Below, piece after piece: positions 1 through 9,292 of a DNA stretch of 64,000 nt. Numbering within the stretch: the first letter of the stretch is position 1; every line of letters begins with the position of its first letter. The translations under genes and the position numbers were made by a program. Source of the stretch: Alphaproteobacteria bacterium (GTDB lineage: Bacteria > Pseudomonadota > Alphaproteobacteria > CALKHQ01). The notes below the pieces were generated by a model. It saw only the letters and a program-made list of their open reading frames with translations. It searched no databases and had not been told where the DNA came from. The stretch lies in contig CBDDFZ010000001.1 of assembly GCA_965227515.1 (NCBI GenBank), forward strand, positions 1,120,001 through 1,184,000. The letters are read 5' to 3'.

Positions 1-871
1 AGATGCCGAGGCAGCCGCCCTCGGTCCACTCGCGCAGGCTGGCGCGCAGGTCCTCGGTCAGCCGGCCGTCGATCGCACCGCGGTAGTAGCCGAACTCGCG
101 CAACGCGCCCTGGAGCTGCCCCAGCGAGAAAGCCCCGAATTCCGCCGCGCGCAGCCGGTCGGTCATCGCAACCTCGACGAATCCGAGCTTGCACCAGGCA
201 TTGGCGCGATTGTTGTACGCCTCGCCCACACGCGGCGCGATGTCGATGGCGCGGTCGTAGTCGTCGATCGCTTCCTGGTAGCGGCGCATGTCATAGAACA
301 TGCGGCCCCGATTGATGAGGGCCATGGGGTTGCGCGGATCGAGCCGGATGGCGGCATCGTAGTCGCGGATCGCATCCTCGCGCGCACCCAGATTGGCATT
401 GGCGATGCCCCGGTTCAGGTACGCGCCGGCCATCGTCGGCGAGATCGCGATCGTGCGGTCGAAGTCCGCCACCGCGTGCTCGAACTGGTCGAGCCTGATG
501 TGCGCGATGCCGCGGTTGAAATAGGCGGTCGGCTCGTCCGCGTCCAAGTCGATGGCGACGGTGCAGTCGTTGACCGCGTCCTGGTAGCGGCCGATCTCGA
601 TATAGGCCAGGCAGCGGTTGTTGTAGGCGGCGGCGCGCTGGGCCGGCGCCCACCGTTCCAGGTTGATGCCCTCGGTGCAGGCGGCGATGCGCGCGGTCCA
701 GTCCATGTTGGCGGACGCGCCGAGCAGGCAGTCCTCGGCCGACGTGCCGGCACTATCGGCCGCCTGTGCCCGCGTGTGTCCGGGTGCCGCGGCCAGGGCC
801 AGCAGGCCCGCGACCAGCAGCGCCGCCAGCCGGCGACCAGGGGCGGGGAATCGGACGTTCGACAGGGTCAT
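1..871 (-). CDS. Exported TPR-repeat protein with C-terminal peptidoglycan-binding-like domain (runs off window edge)
   Basis: Manual translation from ATG at 871: signal peptide (RRLAALLVAGLLALAAAPGHTRAQA), TPR motifs (AAAYNNRCLAYIEIGRYQDAVNDCTVAIDLD, AYFNRGIAHIRL, AYLNRGIANANLG), end LQGALREFGYYRGAIDG. Not in ORF track because the stop lies outside the window. Confidence 0.8.
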   Translation of the reverse strand, partial: MTLSNVRFPAPGRRLAALLVAGLLALAAAPGHTRAQAADSAGTSAEDCLLGASANMDWTARIAACTEGINLERWAPAQRAAAYNNRCLAYIEIGRYQDAVNDCTVAIDLDADEPTAYFNRGIAHIRLDQFEHAVADFDRTIAISPTMAGAYLNRGIANANLGAREDAIRDYDAAIRLDPRNPMALINRGRMFYDMRRYQEAIDDYDRAIDIAPRVGEAYNNRANAWCKLGFVEVAMTDRLRAAEFGAFSLGQLQGALREFGYYRGAIDGRLTEDLRASLREWTEGGCLGI

Positions 872-1136
872 TCGAAGCACGTGCATGCGGGCGCCACTGT
901 TGGTGGATTGCCACCTGTTGCACCACAGATACCTGCAAGAGTTGGTTAACGGCCGGAAGGCGCGCTCCGGGTTCAAGGATCGCGAACTTGCGAGAACACC
1001 GCCAACGAAAATTTTATCGGCCCCACAGCTTGCCTCTTGAGCGGTTTGGAGCACATGGTACCCCTCATGCCGCCTACGGGGGCACATACGCAACAGGCCT
1101 CAACATCACAGAAATGGAAATTACGGGGAGAGAGCA

Positions 1137-2054
1137 ATGCACTTCTTGAAGTTGTCGGCGACCGCCGCCGCCGTTCTCGCGGCGAGTAACGCGCTGGCGT
1201 TTGCGGCGGACGCACCGGGCCCGCTGGTCGACGCACAGTGGCTGTCCGATCATCTGGACGATGCCCAGGTACAGATCATCGATCTGCGCGGCGGCGACGA
1301 GAACCCCTACGCTGCCGGCCACATTCCGGGCGCCATCAGCGCGCCGTACGGCAGCAGCGGATGGCGGGCGCAGATGGACGGCGTCATCGGCATGTTGCCG
1401 CCGGTGGCCGATCTGGAGGCTCTGATCGGCGGCCTGGGCATCGACAACGACACCCATGTGGTGCTGGTGCCGTTCGGCGAGAACACCTCCGACTTCGGGG
1501 CCGCCACCCGCGTCTATTGGACCTTCAACGTGCTGGGGCACGAGGCGGTCTCGATCCTGGACGGCGGCCACGCCGGCTGGGTCTCGGCGGGGCTGGCACT
1601 GGAGACCGAGGCGGCGACGCCGGAGGCGGCGACCTTCGTGGCCGATCTGCAGGAGGACATGCTGGTCAGCGACGAGGACATCGCTGCGGCCATGGCCGAC
1701 GGCGTGACCCTGATCGATGCGCGCCCGCAGGAGCAGTTCATCGGCGACGCGGCGCACCCGCAGGCCTCCCGCCCCGGCACGATCCCGGGCTCCATCAACT
1801 TCCCGCACAGCGTGGCGTTCGGCGATGGCGGCAACGCGGTGCAACCGGCCGACACGTTGAACCAGCTCTACAACCTGGCGGCTCCGGCCGCCGCGCCGGA
1901 GGGCCCGGCGATCGCGTTCTGCAACACCGGCCACTGGGCCTCGGTCGCGTGGTTCGTCGGCAGCGAGGTGATGGGCCGCGACGTGCAGATGTACGACGCC
2001 TCCATGGTCGGCTGGACCGCCAATCCCGACAACCCGGTGGTGAACGGCGAGTAA
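1137..2054 (+). CDS. Exported tandem-domain sulfurtransferase (rhodanese/SseA family)
   Basis: Signal peptide, GHIPGA, LDGGHAGW, active-site FCNTGHWAS, C-terminal YDASMVGW. Confidence 0.9.
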   Translation: MHFLKLSATAAAVLAASNALAFAADAPGPLVDAQWLSDHLDDAQVQIIDLRGGDENPYAAGHIPGAISAPYGSSGWRAQMDGVIGMLPPVADLEALIGGLGIDNDTHVVLVPFGENTSDFGAATRVYWTFNVLGHEAVSILDGGHAGWVSAGLALETEAATPEAATFVADLQEDMLVSDEDIAAAMADGVTLIDARPQEQFIGDAAHPQASRPGTIPGSINFPHSVAFGDGGNAVQPADTLNQLYNLAAPAAAPEGPAIAFCNTGHWASVAWFVGSEVMGRDVQMYDASMVGWTANPDNPVVNGE

Positions 2055-2077
2055 GTCCGAATCCGGCCGGGCATGCG

Positions 2078-2110
2078 ACGGGCGCCGTCCCCAGCGGCGC
2101 CCGTTTCTTT
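2078..2110 (+). terminator. Rho-independent terminator
   Basis: ACGGGCGCCG-loop-CGGCGCCCGT followed by TTCTTT, just after the sulfurtransferase stop. Confidence 0.7.
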
Positions 2111-2281
2111 ACCTTCGTGACGTCTTGACCTGGACAAATAGGTGATAGCTCACGTCTCGTCGAATTGGGGTTGATTTGATTCAAATATTGTTTGACAATT
2201 GTGTCTGCGAAAGAACTTCTCGCTGCATACAATTGTGCACTGTATGTCGGTATACGATAAATAGAAATATTGGAGATCGAT

Positions 2282-2935
2282 ATGGAATCAATTACCCGGG
2301 CATTCGCTAGATTTGTTGAGCGAGATACGTTTTATATAATTGGCGGTCTAAGCGTCTTGTGGTCGATAGGTCTAATTTTTGGACACGATTTTTTGTCTGA
2401 TACGAGTCGAGGGGCGGGCTTTGAAGATCCGTTTCTTTCTCTAAGCACAGCCACCATCCTGATTCTTGTTGTAATAAGTTACGTCTTAGCAATCTGTATA
2501 CAGGTGATATTTGGATTGACGCCGATTGTAAACACTGGGCTATATTATAAGAAAAATAGATTCTTAAAATTCTGGTATGAAAAAGAAACAAGAAAGAATT
2601 GGCCAATTATCGAAGATGACACAAATTTGGATGATATTTACTATGAATATCATGAAACAATTGACAAAGATAAGCGAGCTGCTTTTGATCGCCAGGCGTC
2701 ACTTAAGCATATCGGCCATACAGTTGGGAGTTGTTGGATGGTTACATCTATAATTGTATTTTTCTATTCATGGAAATATTCGAATCAAGATTATGTTCTG
2801 GTGGGTGCAATCATTTTTGCTCTATCTGTGATACTTATTCTTGAAGGATGGATTAAAGGTATTCAAATTTCTGTTCAGTTGGCCGCATGGAAGAAGCGTC
2901 AAAGCGAGCGAATTTCTACTACGTCAATTGAATGA
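2282..2935 (+). CDS. Hypothetical ~4-TM membrane protein in an AT-rich islet
   Basis: Intact ORF with GGAG RBS, four hydrophobic stretches; composition far more AT-rich than the flanks (~2120-3100). Confidence 0.7.
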   Translation: MESITRAFARFVERDTFYIIGGLSVLWSIGLIFGHDFLSDTSRGAGFEDPFLSLSTATILILVVISYVLAICIQVIFGLTPIVNTGLYYKKNRFLKFWYEKETRKNWPIIEDDTNLDDIYYEYHETIDKDKRAAFDRQASLKHIGHTVGSCWMVTSIIVFFYSWKYSNQDYVLVGAIIFALSVILILEGWIKGIQISVQLAAWKKRQSERISTTSIE

Positions 2936-3111
2936 GCCAAGTGTAGAGTTCCTTTTAGTTTCCAAGGAAATTTTTCATGAATTTCCAGAGCGTTTCAATA
3001 AATCAATGTGCGAAATTTTTTTTGAGGTAAGCTGACACAAACGGTCCGTTTTTCCGGGGCGCGAATTTCCGGTATTGGCAATCTAGCCTAACTAGTCATA
3101 CTTGGGTCGGA

Positions 3112-3885
3112 ATGATGCCAGACTTCATCGAAAGGTTTTCACTCACCGGGCAGCGGGCGTTGGTGACCGGTGCGTCCAAGGGCATCGGGGCGGAGATCTG
3201 CAAGGTGCTGGCAGACGCCGGCGCCGACATCGTGGCGGTGGCGCGCGACGAGGCCGGGCTGGAGGAGGCGCGCACGGCGGCCGAGGCGGCGGGCCGCGAA
3301 TGCCTGCCGGTGGTCGCCGACCTGACCACCATCGACGGGCCGCAGCGCGCCGCCCAGCGGGCGCTCGACCACTTCGGCACCATCGACATCCTGGTCAACA
3401 ACGCCGGCACCACGACCACCGACTCCATCCTGGACACCAAGATGGAGGACTGGGACCGGATCATGGCGGTCAACACGCGCGCGCCGTTCCTGCTGATCCA
3501 GGCGCTGGGGCCGCAGATGATCGCGCAGAAGCGCGGCAAGATCGTCAACGTCACCTCGCAGACCAGTGCCGTCGCGCTGGAGGATCACGCCGTCTACGCC
3601 GGCTCCAAGCATGCGCTGAACGCGATCACCAAGTGCGTGACGGCGGAGTGGGCGCGCCACAACATCCAGTGCAACGCGGTGCTGCCCACCGTGATCCTGA
3701 CCCCGATGGGCGAGAAGGTGTGGGGCGACCTGGCCAAGGGCGACCCGATGAAGGCTAAAATCCCGGCCGGCCGCTTCGGCACCGTCACCGAGGTCGCCGA
3801 CCTGGTGCTGTTCCTGTCGTCGCGGGCGTCCGACATGATCAACGGCAGCCTGGTGTTCCTGGACGGCGGCTACACGTCGCTGTAG
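3112..3885 (+). CDS. SDR-family NAD(P)-dependent oxidoreductase
   Basis: TGASKGIG, LVNNAG, YAGSK (YxxxK), DGG C-terminus. Confidence 0.92.
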   Translation: MMPDFIERFSLTGQRALVTGASKGIGAEICKVLADAGADIVAVARDEAGLEEARTAAEAAGRECLPVVADLTTIDGPQRAAQRALDHFGTIDILVNNAGTTTTDSILDTKMEDWDRIMAVNTRAPFLLIQALGPQMIAQKRGKIVNVTSQTSAVALEDHAVYAGSKHALNAITKCVTAEWARHNIQCNAVLPTVILTPMGEKVWGDLAKGDPMKAKIPAGRFGTVTEVADLVLFLSSRASDMINGSLVFLDGGYTSL

Positions 3886-3890
3886 GGCGC

Positions 3891-3979
3891 ATTATTACGG
3901 TGACAGTTTACTTAAATCTCGAAGGTTTATGGGTCGGACCAAACTCGGTTGGAATTAAGTAAACTGTCACCGTAATAAT
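3891..3979. repeat. Perfect 25-bp inverted repeat pair (MITE/REP-like)
   Basis: ATTATTACGGTGACAGTTTACTTAA (3891-3915) and its exact reverse complement (3955-3979), 39-bp spacer. Confidence 0.85.
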
Positions 3980-4111
3980 TTCTATGCCGCAACGTCATGT
4001 CGCAGTCAAATGCGGCACCGCGTCGCTTGTGGACCGTTAAAGCACCCGCAAAATAAAGCGGAAGAAAGCACGCGCTGATTAACTGGCGCGGCATTGCGGG
4101 GAGGCAGGACG

Positions 4112-4498
4112 ATGACGGTCACCGACCTCGAATACACCAACGATAACCAGGACGCCGACATGCGCCAAGACATCCCCGGCACCACGATCTTCGACGGTCG
4201 CCAGGCGATGAAGGGCTATGCGCTGAACAAGATGTGCTACTCGTTCAACAGCGCCGAGAACCGGGCCGAATATCTGGCCGACCCGGAAGCGTACTTCGAC
4301 AAGTACGGCCTGAACGAGACCCAGAAACAGGCCTGCCGCGACAAGAACGTGCTGGCGATGATCGAGGCCGGCGGCAACATCTACTACCTCGCCAAGTTCG
4401 CCGGCATCTACAAGCTCGGCGTGCAGGATGTCGGCGCGCAGCAGACCGGCATGTCCGTCGACGCGTTCAAGGAGAAACTCAGAAGGGCGGGAGACTGA
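4112..4498 (+). CDS. ligA: Protocatechuate 4,5-dioxygenase alpha subunit
   Basis: DIPGTTIFDG..AMKGYALNKMCYSFN, GGNIYYLAK; directly upstream of the beta subunit. Confidence 0.88.
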   Translation: MTVTDLEYTNDNQDADMRQDIPGTTIFDGRQAMKGYALNKMCYSFNSAENRAEYLADPEAYFDKYGLNETQKQACRDKNVLAMIEAGGNIYYLAKFAGIYKLGVQDVGAQQTGMSVDAFKEKLRRAGD

Positions 4499-4500
4499 CC

Positions 4501-5349
4501 ATGGCTGTCATTCTAGGCGGGCTCACCACGTCGCACATTCCGGCCATCGGCAACGCCATCCACAACCAGCTCTACGACGACCCGTACTGGAAGCCGTTCT
4601 TCGACGGTTATCCGCCGATCCGCGAATGGCTGGGCGACCACAAGCCCGACGTGGCGGTGAACATCTACAACGACCACGGGCTCGGCTTCTTCCTCGACAA
4701 GATGCCGACATTCGCCATCGGTGCCGCGCACGAATACGTCAACCAGGACGAGGGCTGGGGCATCCCGCAGCTGCCGCCCTTCCCCGGCGACCCGGAGCTG
4801 TCGTGGCACATCATCGAAAGCATGGTCGAGGACCATTTCGACATCACCTCGTGCCAGGAACTGGCGGTCGACCACGGTTTCACCGTGCCGATGCAGCTGT
4901 TCTGGCCCGGCGCGCCGAACAACCCGGACATGCCGCGCACGGTGCCGATCAGCGCCAACACGGTGCAGCACCCGATCCCGACGCTGGCGCGCGCGTTCGC
5001 GTTCGGCAAGGCGCTCAGGAAGGCGCTGCTCTCCTACCCCAAGGACATCAAAATCGTGGTCATGGGCACCGGCGGCCTGTCGCATCAGCTCGACGGCGCG
5101 CGGGCCGGCTTCATCAACAAGGACTTCGACCGCATGTGCATGGAAAAGATCGTGACCGACCCTGAGTCGCTGACCACGATCTCCAGGCGCGAACTGGTTC
5201 GCCAGGCCGGATCACAGGGCACGGAATTCCTGATGTGGCTGATGATGCGCGGTGCGCTGGGGGATGAGGTGGTGCCGCTGTCGCAGCACTACCACATACC
5301 GATTTCCAACACCGCTGCCGGCACCATGTTGTTGGCGTGCGCGGCCTGA
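4501..5349 (+). CDS. ligB: Protocatechuate 4,5-dioxygenase beta subunit (class III extradiol dioxygenase)
   Basis: TSHIPAIG, YNDH, VDHGFTVP, GTGGLSHQLDGARAGFIN, GSQGTE motifs. Confidence 0.9.
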   Translation: MAVILGGLTTSHIPAIGNAIHNQLYDDPYWKPFFDGYPPIREWLGDHKPDVAVNIYNDHGLGFFLDKMPTFAIGAAHEYVNQDEGWGIPQLPPFPGDPELSWHIIESMVEDHFDITSCQELAVDHGFTVPMQLFWPGAPNNPDMPRTVPISANTVQHPIPTLARAFAFGKALRKALLSYPKDIKIVVMGTGGLSHQLDGARAGFINKDFDRMCMEKIVTDPESLTTISRRELVRQAGSQGTEFLMWLMMRGALGDEVVPLSQHYHIPISNTAAGTMLLACAA

Positions 5350-5361
5350 GGGTTCGACGGG

Positions 5362-6223
5362 CTACTCCCGCGCCTCTTGCCGGCCCCAAACCGCCTCGGC
5401 AAACGCCCGGTCGGCCAGGGCGGTGGTCAACTCGTCGATCAGGGTGCGCGCCGCATCGATAGCGTGCGGGTGGGCACTGGCTGTAAGCAGCCTGGGCAGC
5501 ATGCTGTTCATCAGTGGCCAGAACGGATGCAGCAGGCCGCTCGGTTGTCGCGCCGCGTGCAGCAGGGTGTGCACGGTGGCGGCCATGCCGGGCGAGATGC
5601 CGCCGGCCGCATTGGCGATTCAGCGCCGCGACCTCGGCTGGCGCCAATGCGGGATGGCGCATCAGTTCGGGCGCGATGGAAATGGCATCGCCATTGGCGG
5701 TGGGCCAGTAGTCGGCCGCAACCACATCCCACAGCAGGTATTCGCCAGATGCCGTGTTGCGCGCCGTACCGAACACCAGCGCCGGATCGGCCTCGGTCTC
5801 GGGTTGCATGGCATGGGCCAGAACCAGGTAGACGCCGCCGTCGGGTGCGCGCGCCGGCACACCCTGGCTGTCCAGCCATGCCAGCATTGGCGCATCGTCG
5901 CCGCAGCCGGCACCGATCGGGCGGCGTCCGGGCAACGCGGGGTCCGGGCCACGCGCGCCCGTGATGGCGCCGTGCCACGCCGCCTGCTGCCACGACAATG
6001 CGTCGATGGGGGAAATGGCCGTGTCGGGGTTGAACAGCACGGCAGCGCCGTGGACCCTGCCGCTCCCGTCCCTGAGCAGGGGTGCCGCGCTGGCACCCGA
6101 TGCCGTGCCGGGAGCATCTTCCTCCCGGTCCGTATCGTTCACCGAGCTTGCGGCCAAATGCGGCGAGGCGGGGTTTTTGACATGGGATTTCCACGGGCTG
6201 CAACGATGGGGGATGCGCGCCAT
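5362..6223 (-). pseudogene. Orphan gene interrupted by an apparent 1-nt insertion (or sequencing error)
   Basis: Minus strand reads GCG GCG CTG A ATC GCC AAT GCG GCC GGC near 5620; removing one A joins ORF 5114..6223 to ORF 5362..5586 as AEVAALIANAAGGISPGMAATVHTLL. Confidence 0.6.
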
Positions 6224-6244
6224 AGGTTCCTACGTGGCTAGTTT

Positions 6245-6259
6245 GTTCGTGTATGGTTC
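6245..6259. promoter_or_regulatory. Alphaproteobacterial LexA (SOS) box
   Basis: GTTC-GTGTATG-GTTC = perfect GTTC-N7-GTTC, ~22 bp upstream of the ATG at 6223 (-). Confidence 0.65.
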
Positions 6260-6281
6260 ATGATTAATACCACACAATGTA

Positions 6282-6310
6282 TGTATACGTATGCTAGAAT
6301 ACATAGTCAA
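6282..6310 (-). promoter_or_regulatory. Sigma70-like promoter overlapped by a TATGTAT-N12-ATACATA inverted repeat
   Basis: Minus strand TTGACT-N17-TATACA; inverted repeat at 6280-6286/6299-6305. Confidence 0.5.
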
Positions 6311-6496
6311 CAAATTCTCACCATGAGGGTGTTGCTATTCGGGCGCAGAGGGGTGGCGGTTGTTGCACGGGGTGTGGGCCGGGACTATCGTGGCCGCCGG
6401 CCGGCACGCGACGGGGCGGTGGCACGGACCTGAATACCCAATTCCGGGCACGGCTGCCGGGAATGGCGGGAATCAAAGGGGCAACCCAGAGGGCAT

Positions 6497-9292
6497 ATGT
6501 CAGCAGCGCGCGAGCCGGAAAGTTCTAGAGACGGCGCGGCACCCGGCCGCGTCCACCTGGTCGACGGGTCCGGCTACATCTTCCGGGCCTATCACGCCCT
6601 GCCGCCGATGAACCGGCCGGACGGTACGCCGACAAACGCGGTGTTCGGCTTCACCAACATGCTGTTGAAGCTGATCGAGGACCTGGCGCTGGACGAGGAG
6701 TCCGGCAACGAGGCGCTGGTGGTGGTGTTCGATGCCGCCAAGGTCAGCTTCCGCAACGACATCTACGCCGACTACAAGGCGCACCGGCCGGACCCGCCGG
6801 AGGATCTGATCCCGCAGTTCGCGCTGATCCGCGAGGCGACGCGCGCGCTGAACGTGCCGTGCATCGAGATGCAGGGCTACGAGGCCGACGACATTATCGC
6901 GACCTACGCGGAGCAGGCTGTGGCCGATGGCGCCGACGTGGTGATCGTGTCGTCCGACAAGGACCTGATGCAGCTCGTCGGCAATCACGTCTCGATGCTG
7001 GACCCGATGAAGAACCGGCCCATCGGCCCGGCCGAGGTGGTGGAGAAGTTCGGCGTCGGCCCCGACCGCGTGGTCGACGTTCAGGCGCTGGCCGGCGACA
7101 GCGTCGACAATGTGCCGGGCGTTCCCGGCATCGGGGTCAAGACCGCCGCCCAGTTGATCGGCGAGTATGGCGACCTGGAAACCCTGTTGGAGCGGGCCGG
7201 CGAGATCAAGCAGCCGAAGCGGCGCGAGAACCTGATCGAGCACGCGGAGATGGCCCGTATCAGCCGGCGGCTGGTGGAGCTGGACCGCGCGGTGCCGGTG
7301 GAGCTGCCGCTGTCGGCGCTGAAGGTGAAGGCGCCCGATCCCGAGGTGATGATGGGCTTCCTGCGCGAGAACGACTTCAAGCGCAGCATCGCCCGCGCAG
7401 AGGCGCTGTTCGGGCTGGAAGGCGACGGCGGCGAGGTTTCGGCCGCCACGGTGACGCCCGACGAGGTCGCCTATGAGCTTGTCGACACCGAGGAGGCGCT
7501 GGACCACTGGATCGCAGACGCGATGGCCGCCGGCATCGTCGGTTTCGACACCGAGACGACCGGGCTCGACCCGATGCAGGCCGATCTGGTCGGCGTGTCG
7601 CTGTCGGTGGCGGCCGGGCGCGCCTGCTACATTCCGCTGGGCCATCGTGCGCCGGGCGACCTGGAGGCGCCGCCCACCCAGATCGCCATGGACGCAGCAC
7701 TCGCCAAGCTGAAGCCGATGCTGGAATCGCCGGGTGTCCTGAAGGTCGCGCACAACATCAAGTACGACATGCAGATCATGGCCCAGCGTGGCATCCAGGT
7801 CGGCCCGTTCGACGACACCATGCTGATCTCGTACGTGCTGGATGCCGGCGCCCACGGCCATGGGCTGGACGAGCTGGCCGAACTCCACCTCGACCACACC
7901 AACATCAAGTTCTCCGAGGTCGCCGGCAGCGGCAAGGCGCAGGTGACGTTCGACCGGGTGCCGCTGGACAAGGCCCGCGACTACGCGGCCGAGGACGCCG
8001 ACATCTGCCTGCGCCTGCACGGGCTGTTGAAGCGTCGCCTGCTGGAGGACCGGTTGGTCACCGTCTACGAGACGCTGGAGCGGCCGCTGGCGCCGGTGCT
8101 GGTGGCGATGGAGGGCGAGGGCATCAAGGTCGACCGCGCCGAACTCGCCCGCCTCAGCATGCACTTCGCCGAGCGGATGGCCGAGCTGGAAGGCGAGATC
8201 CACAAGCTGGCCGGCCACCCGTTCAATGTCGGCTCGCCGAAGCAGCTCGGCGAGGTGCTGTTCGACGAGATGGGCCTGAAGGGCGGCAAGAAGGGCAAGA
8301 CCGGCGCGTACTCCACGTCTGCTGACGTGCTGGAGGGCCTGGCGGCCGAGGGTCATGACCTGCCGGTGAAGGTGGTGGCGTGGCGCCAGGTCTCCAAGCT
8401 GAAGAGCACCTATTCCGATGCGCTGCAGGACGAGATCAACCCGAACACCGGCCGCGTGCACACGTCTTACGGCATGGCCATCGCGTCGACCGGCCGGCTC
8501 AGCTCCACCGATCCGAACTTGCAGAACATCCCTGTGCGCACCGAAGAGGGCCGCCAGATCCGCAAGGCCTTCGTGGCCGAGGACGGCCACAAGCTGGTCA
8601 GCCTCGACTACTCGCAGATCGAGCTGCGCCTGCTCGCCCACGTCGCCGATATCGCGGCGCTGAAGCAGGCGTTCCAGGACGGCCAGGACATCCACGCCAT
8701 GACCGCCAGCCAGGTGTTCGGCGTGCCGCTGGCCGACATGGACGCCGCCACCCGCCGCAACGCCAAGGCGATCAACTTCGGCATCATCTACGGCATCTCC
8801 GCCTTCGGGCTGGCGCGCAACCTGGGCATCCCGCAGGGCGAGGCCAAGGCCTATATCGAGGCCTATTTCGAGCGCTATCCCGGCATCCGCGACTACATGG
8901 AGGAGATGAAGGCGTACTGCCGCAAGCACGGCCATGTGCGCACCATCTTCGGCCGGCGCATCAACATCCCCGGCATCGCCGACAAGAACCCGGCCAGGCG
9001 CGGGTTTGGCGAGCGCCAGGCGATCAACGCGCCGTTGCAAGGGGCCGCGGCCGACATCATCAAGCGGGCGATGCGCCGGGTGCCGGCGGCGATGGCGGAC
9101 GCCAAGCTGACCGGCCGCATGCTGCTGCAGGTGCACGACGAACTGCTGTTCGAGGTGCCCGACGCGGAGGTCGACGCCACCATCGAGGCCGTGCGCGAGG
9201 TGATGCAGTCGGCGCCGTCCCCGGTATTGGACCTCGCCGTCCCGCTGGTGGTCGAGGCCGGCGTCGCGCGGAACTGGGCCGACGCGCACTAA
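6497..9292 (+). CDS. polA: DNA polymerase I
   Basis: LVDGSGYIFRAYHA 5'-3' exonuclease, DTETT 3'-5' exonuclease, DYSQIELRLLAH, KAINFGIIYG, LLQVHDELLFE. Confidence 0.98.
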   Translation: MSAAREPESSRDGAAPGRVHLVDGSGYIFRAYHALPPMNRPDGTPTNAVFGFTNMLLKLIEDLALDEESGNEALVVVFDAAKVSFRNDIYADYKAHRPDPPEDLIPQFALIREATRALNVPCIEMQGYEADDIIATYAEQAVADGADVVIVSSDKDLMQLVGNHVSMLDPMKNRPIGPAEVVEKFGVGPDRVVDVQALAGDSVDNVPGVPGIGVKTAAQLIGEYGDLETLLERAGEIKQPKRRENLIEHAEMARISRRLVELDRAVPVELPLSALKVKAPDPEVMMGFLRENDFKRSIARAEALFGLEGDGGEVSAATVTPDEVAYELVDTEEALDHWIADAMAAGIVGFDTETTGLDPMQADLVGVSLSVAAGRACYIPLGHRAPGDLEAPPTQIAMDAALAKLKPMLESPGVLKVAHNIKYDMQIMAQRGIQVGPFDDTMLISYVLDAGAHGHGLDELAELHLDHTNIKFSEVAGSGKAQVTFDRVPLDKARDYAAEDADICLRLHGLLKRRLLEDRLVTVYETLERPLAPVLVAMEGEGIKVDRAELARLSMHFAERMAELEGEIHKLAGHPFNVGSPKQLGEVLFDEMGLKGGKKGKTGAYSTSADVLEGLAAEGHDLPVKVVAWRQVSKLKSTYSDALQDEINPNTGRVHTSYGMAIASTGRLSSTDPNLQNIPVRTEEGRQIRKAFVAEDGHKLVSLDYSQIELRLLAHVADIAALKQAFQDGQDIHAMTASQVFGVPLADMDAATRRNAKAINFGIIYGISAFGLARNLGIPQGEAKAYIEAYFERYPGIRDYMEEMKAYCRKHGHVRTIFGRRINIPGIADKNPARRGFGERQAINAPLQGAAADIIKRAMRRVPAAMADAKLTGRMLLQVHDELLFEVPDAEVDATIEAVREVMQSAPSPVLDLAVPLVVEAGVARNWADAH

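Noticed and set aside
935-950. Possible CtrA box (GCAA-N7-TTAAC); similar half-site near 38580
   Set aside because: Only half-sites match TTAA-N7-TTAA; too weak to call.
1020-1136. Possible riboswitch ahead of the sulfurtransferase
   Set aside because: No recognisable SAM, Moco or other aptamer consensus by eye.
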